Shown: positions 59,546-64,000 of the stretch, one piece after another | Numbering within the stretch: the first letter of the stretch is position 1 | Layout of the letters: each line of letters starts with the position of its first letter | Source: a candidate division WOR-3 bacterium | GTDB taxonomy: Bacteria; Hydrothermota; Hydrothermia; LBFQ01 | Direction: 5' to 3' | DNA: 64,000 bases | Assembly: GCA_039802605.1 (NCBI GenBank) | Contig: JBDRWW010000002.1 | Location: 96,001 to 160,000 of the forward strand | Translations under genes and position numbers: made by a program | Notes under the pieces: generated by a model | What the model was told of the DNA's origin: nothing | The model's input: the letters and a program-made list of their open reading frames with translations, nothing else | Database searches by the model: none

Positions 59546-62500
59546 GTGTATAAGGAGAGGTATGATTACAAACATATAAAGGAAGAGTTGAAAAAACTGG
59601 GTTGGCAGGAGAATGTTGGGGAAAAGGAGGGCTTGTTTATAGATAATGATTTAAGGCAGATATGCAAAATCAACGGGGTTTATGAGCATTGCGATAAACT
59701 TTTAGATGAGATAAAAAAGGCGTTTGAAAATAGTGATGATAATGGGTTTTTGCTTATGCTTCAAATGGGCTTTAATTCCAAGGTTTTAAACAACAGGGTT
59801 ATAAAACTCATAGATTTTGATGATTGGAGGGAAAACATTTTTAGGTTTTCACAAGAGCATAAGTTTGAGGGCTATCCGAGAAATATAATTCCGGATTTTG
59901 CGCTTTTTATAAACGGGATACCGGTGGTAATAATAGAGGTTAAGAAAACCAGAGGAGAGGATAAAGTTGAAGAGGCCGAGGATCAAATTGAAAGGTATGA
60001 GATGTATTCGCCAAAACTGTTTAAAAGCGTTTTCTTGGGTATAGCATATTCAAAAACAAAGAGATATGCCGCCACATACCCAAACCATACCCAGAAACCT
60101 TTTAATAAACCCTTTCAGGAGTGGAAGGATGAGATAAGCAAAAATTCTAATATATTTGAGATTTTAGAACCCACCAGACTTTTAAGAATCCTCAGGTATT
60201 ATACAATACCTTTAAAAAACGGCACAAGGGTGGTTCCCAGATATATGCAATTTTACGCGGTTGAAAAGGTGGTGAATGAAAGGATTATCCCATATCTAAA
60301 CGGTAATAATTATAAAAATAAAGGCTTGATATGGCACTGGCAGGGAAGCGGAAAGAGTTGGGAAATCGTATTTTTAAGCCGTATATTTTTACAAGATTAC
60401 AGGGAAAAATATACGGATGTTTTTATCGTGGTTGATAGGTTGGAACTGGAAAGCCAAATACTTGATGAATACTTCAATAACATTTATGGCGGAATTATCC
60501 CATACGAGAGAATTGATAATAGGTATAGTTTGAACAGAATTTTACAAAGGTTAAAGGAAAAAGAAGAGGGTAAAAGTATAACGGAATCCAAGGTTTGGAT
60601 TGTCATGCTTCACAAATTTGGAGGAGAAGGAATCGGGAATATTACAGAAATTCGGCGGAAGCACATATTAATACTTAGGGATGAGGTTCATCGCTCCGAA
60701 TACGGCATACTTGCGGATAACCTACACGGCATTTTCCCAAATGCTATAAAGGTAGGTTTCACCGGAACTCCAAACACCAAAAACGATAAAAACACATTTG
60801 AAGCATACTCTTATCCAAATGAAGGGGAATTCTATCTCCACAAATATTTTGTGGGGGATTCAATTGGAGATGGATATACATTACCAATAGTTTGGATGTC
60901 GGTGGAAAACGAGAATATAAAATTACCGGAAGAAAAAACAAGGGAAATCGTTAGGAAAATAATAATCGGGGATATACCCGAAGAATCTTATGAAGAACCC
61001 GCAAACATAACCTTAAAGGATTACCTAACCTCACCCAAAAGAATACAAAAAGCGGCTGATTACATATTACAAAGGATAGAAGAAGATACGGAAAAATTTA
61101 AATTCAAAGCCTTTGTTGTGGCTCAAAACAGGTATGCGGCCGTTATGTTTTGTAGAATGTTAAGGGAAAAACTCGGACATGAAAAGGTAGGAGTGGTATT
61201 TACCGGTTCCGGAAGCGTTAAAGTTGCCGATTGGCAAAGGGAAATAGATGAGTTTATAAATCAAGAGGAAAAAACCAACGGAAAAAAGTGGGATGAGATA
61301 ATAAGGGATAGAAAAAGGAGTTTTAAGGATGAAAACAGTCCGTTAAAGGTTTTAGTGGTTTCGGATATGCTATTACAGGGATACGATGCGCCAATATTAA
61401 AGGTTATGTATATTCATAAGGTTATGAGTGGGCACACACTATTACAGGCCACCGCCCGGGTGAATAGACCGTATAAAGGCAAAAATAAATCCTTTGGTTT
61501 GGTGGTAGATTTAACCGGAATACTTTTAAGTGAATACATTGATACCCTCAGGAATTATGAACTTTACAAAGAGGACATAAGCGAGGACATACTTAAAAAC
61601 CTGTTTATTAGTTCTGACGAAAAGTTTAACGAATTTCTCGGTAGTTTTGAAAACTTAAAAAAGGAGTTAAACGATATATTAGCGCCCATCGGCTATAATT
61701 ACGAAAAACTAAAAAGTGAATGGAATAATTTGGATGAGAAAGAGGTTAAGCGATTGGTATTTTGGATTTTTTCAAATTATTGGGAAATTTTTGCAAACAT
61801 TAAGGAAACTTTAAGGACTTACAAATCCATAGGCGCATATCCCAAAAAGAGGGAATACGCAAGGGATGTAGAATTTTTGGAAGAACTGTTTAATGAATTA
61901 AGAGGCTTACTTAACTCCAAGAAGAGAAGGAGAATAAAAAACTTAAAGTTAGAAATTCTTGAAATACTAGAAACCGAACTCAAACCGGGGGGATTGGCCT
62001 ATATTGATGAAAGCATAGACAAAATCCTAACGCCCAAGTTCCCCGAAAAAATCATAATAGCCAATTTCTTATTAGTGGAAATGGAAAAATATCAAAGGGA
62101 AAAAGTGAAAACTCCGCTTCACTACGAAGTGATTAGAAACCTCAAATCTTTAATAAAAAGGATCCAAACCCTTCAAGAGGAAAACGCCAGACTCATCCTT
62201 GAAATCATTCTATCAAAAAGCGAAAAAAGATTAATAAGTCAATTAAAACAAACCCAAGATAAGAATTTGAGGGGGATTTTAATGCGGATAAGAAACATAT
62301 GGTTTTATGGAAAACTTATTCAAAAGGGAAATATATCCGAAGCGGAAGCCCTTGCATATACTATAGTTAGGAAATTTATAGGGAGAAAAGCCAAAAAAGT
62401 AATGAAAGATTTAATTTTAATATGCGAAAAAATCCATAAAAGGCGGGATAAAGCGGAAAAGATAACCCCAGAAATAAAAAAGCAATTGGAAAGGCTTTTA

Positions 62501-62611
62501 ATAATATCGGGATACAAACAAAATAGAAACGAGATTTTACAAAACATTGAGCAATATATAACTGATTTTTATGGATGGAAAAGCTTTAAGAAAACTCTTG
62601 GAGGAAGTTAA
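59546..62611 (+). CDS. hsdR: Type I R-M restriction subunit HsdR
   Basis: PD...INGIP..IEVK nuclease, QIERY, WHWQGSGKS, DEVH, FTGTP, QATARVNR. Confidence 0.93.
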   Translation: MYKERYDYKHIKEELKKLGWQENVGEKEGLFIDNDLRQICKINGVYEHCDKLLDEIKKAFENSDDNGFLLMLQMGFNSKVLNNRVIKLIDFDDWRENIFRFSQEHKFEGYPRNIIPDFALFINGIPVVIIEVKKTRGEDKVEEAEDQIERYEMYSPKLFKSVFLGIAYSKTKRYAATYPNHTQKPFNKPFQEWKDEISKNSNIFEILEPTRLLRILRYYTIPLKNGTRVVPRYMQFYAVEKVVNERIIPYLNGNNYKNKGLIWHWQGSGKSWEIVFLSRIFLQDYREKYTDVFIVVDRLELESQILDEYFNNIYGGIIPYERIDNRYSLNRILQRLKEKEEGKSITESKVWIVMLHKFGGEGIGNITEIRRKHILILRDEVHRSEYGILADNLHGIFPNAIKVGFTGTPNTKNDKNTFEAYSYPNEGEFYLHKYFVGDSIGDGYTLPIVWMSVENENIKLPEEKTREIVRKIIIGDIPEESYEEPANITLKDYLTSPKRIQKAADYILQRIEEDTEKFKFKAFVVAQNRYAAVMFCRMLREKLGHEKVGVVFTGSGSVKVADWQREIDEFINQEEKTNGKKWDEIIRDRKRSFKDENSPLKVLVVSDMLLQGYDAPILKVMYIHKVMSGHTLLQATARVNRPYKGKNKSFGLVVDLTGILLSEYIDTLRNYELYKEDISEDILKNLFISSDEKFNEFLGSFENLKKELNDILAPIGYNYEKLKSEWNNLDEKEVKRLVFWIFSNYWEIFANIKETLRTYKSIGAYPKKREYARDVEFLEELFNELRGLLNSKKRRRIKNLKLEILEILETELKPGGLAYIDESIDKILTPKFPEKIIIANFLLVEMEKYQREKVKTPLHYEVIRNLKSLIKRIQTLQEENARLILEIILSKSEKRLISQLKQTQDKNLRGILMRIRNIWFYGKLIQKGNISEAEALAYTIVRKFIGRKAKKVMKDLILICEKIHKRRDKAEKITPEIKKQLERLLIISGYKQNRNEILQNIEQYITDFYGWKSFKKTLGGS

Positions 62612-62894
62612 GGAAAAACTGGGATTAAAGGATAAGGTTTATTTGAGGGTAAAACCTTTAAAAAGATCAATAGCAATTATATCGCTTAAAACCAAGAGAA
62701 TAACGATAAACAAAAACATATTGAACATATTCACAAAGGACGAAATAAAATACATCTTGGCGCACGAACTATTACACCTCAAATACGGGAAAACCCACAC
62801 CTTGGAGATGGATCGGGAACTTGAAAACCTCTTTGGAAAAGATGTAAAACCGTCAATATTAAAGAAAATCAAATCGTTAATCCAATCCTCTTAG
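62571..62894 (+). CDS. YgjP/DUF45-like zinc metallopeptidase
   Basis: I.IN..L......YILAHELLHL...H; typical position after hsdR. Confidence 0.8.
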   Translation: MDGKALRKLLEEVKEKLGLKDKVYLRVKPLKRSIAIISLKTKRITINKNILNIFTKDEIKYILAHELLHLKYGKTHTLEMDRELENLFGKDVKPSILKKIKSLIQSS

Positions 62895-64000
62895 AAAAAT
62901 CCGAATATATCAAACCCTGAGGATCATACTTAGCCCTTATTTCCATCCACCTCTTTGCGTTTGGATACATATCAAAAAACCTTTCCTTGGTTAAAACCGC
63001 ATCCTTTGTTAAATAAACCCTTCCCCCAAACTTTATTACCTTATCCGTTAAAGCCTTTAAAAATTCAAACAAACCACCCCTTATCGGGAAATCAAGGGCA
63101 AGGGTCCAACCCTCCATACCAAAGGCCAAATAACCATCCTGCTTACCCATCTTCTTTAAAACCGCCAAAAAGGAATTCCCTCCAAAGCCCACAATATCGG
63201 AGAATATTTCCTTTAAACCCGCATCGTCGGGGACGACAAACTGAAATTGGACAAAACCCCTCTTCCCATAAGCCCTATTCCAATTTAAAACGGAATCCAA
63301 GGGATAAAAAAACCTTTCGTAATCAACAACCCCCCAACAATCCGGATGGGTTAAGTAATAAAACTGGTTAAAAGCCTTTACCGTCCAATCGCTTAAAACA
63401 AAGTCCGGAAGATAAAAGGGTACATTTATCTTAGTCTTACCCAAAAACATTAAAGGATTGCTTTTTAAATCTTTGGGTAAATCCGAGAGTTTTGCATGCT
63501 CGCCAAACATAACAACACCCCTACCAAAGTTTTTACCCCTTGAAAGGCAGTCTATCCAAGCAACGGAATATGTGTATTTTGGATCGTTTTCCTCAAAGGT
63601 TGCCAACATATGGTCTAAATCCTTAACCCTAACACTCCTATAAAGGATATAAGAGGTTTCAACCCTTCTGAGTTTTATTTTTGCATCCAATATAAAACCC
63701 GTTAAACCCATACCCCCAAGGGTAATGTAAAACAATTCGGCATTTTCGTCCCTAGTGCAATAAACCCTTTCCCCACTCGGAATGATTAGATTAAAACCCA
63801 AAACATAGTTTGATATTGAACCCTCCTTGTGGTGGTTTTTCCCATGTACATCGCTCGCAATCGCGCCACCTATGCTAACAAACTTTGTGCCGGGTGTTAT
63901 GTAGGGAAACCAACCCCTTGGTAAAAAGTATCTCAGAATATCCTCAAATGTAGCACCGGACTCAACCCATAGTATTCCGTTTTCCTCATCAAAATCCAAA
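62869..64000 (-). CDS. FAD-linked oxidoreductase, DprE1-like (5' end outside window)
   Basis: PGTKFVSIGGAIASDVHGKNHH, GGMGLTG, YSVAWID, WNRAYG..GF.Q.Q, GGRVYLTKD. Confidence 0.88.
   Translation of the reverse strand, partial: LDFDEENGILWVESGATFEDILRYFLPRGWFPYITPGTKFVSIGGAIASDVHGKNHHKEGSISNYVLGFNLIIPSGERVYCTRDENAELFYITLGGMGLTGFILDAKIKLRRVETSYILYRSVRVKDLDHMLATFEENDPKYTYSVAWIDCLSRGKNFGRGVVMFGEHAKLSDLPKDLKSNPLMFLGKTKINVPFYLPDFVLSDWTVKAFNQFYYLTHPDCWGVVDYERFFYPLDSVLNWNRAYGKRGFVQFQFVVPDDAGLKEIFSDIVGFGGNSFLAVLKKMGKQDGYLAFGMEGWTLALDFPIRGGLFEFLKALTDKVIKFGGRVYLTKDAVLTKERFFDMYPNAKRWMEIRAKYDPQGLIYSDFSKRIGLTI

Noticed and set aside
54245..62900. Defence cluster as a discrete mobile element
   Set aside because: No integrase, transposase, tRNA target or flanking direct repeats seen

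Overview
Very compact, gene-dense 64 kb from a diderm (LolA, LptB, TonB-dependent receptor, beta-barrels), probably thermophilic bacterium. The gene style suggests a WOR-3/FCB-related lineage, but that is inference. About 60 CDSs, mostly housekeeping genes in scrambled operons: rplO-secY-adk-map-infA cut off from the rest of spc/alpha, a lone rpmI heading hsp20-lon-priA, a lone nuoM, and A/V-ATPase subunits I-K-E only. I saw no rRNA, tRNA, CRISPR array, integrase or transposase. The main accessory feature is a defence cluster at 54.3-62.9 kb. It starts with a long prokaryotic Argonaute closely resembling archaeal MjAgo, with an apparent D-D-D-D instead of D-E-D-D tetrad. Directly downstream is a type I R-M operon: wHTH-fused HsdM, a small apparently circularly permuted GIY-YIG-like gene, HsdS, HsdR and a YgjP-like peptidase. 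Two window-wide patterns also stand out. About 25 starts, covering essentially every operon-leading gene, have a TAnAAT -10 box only 6-11 nt upstream and no Shine-Dalgarno (leaderless-type architecture). Several clearly exported proteins begin with ultra-short hydrophobic N-termini lacking a basic n-region.
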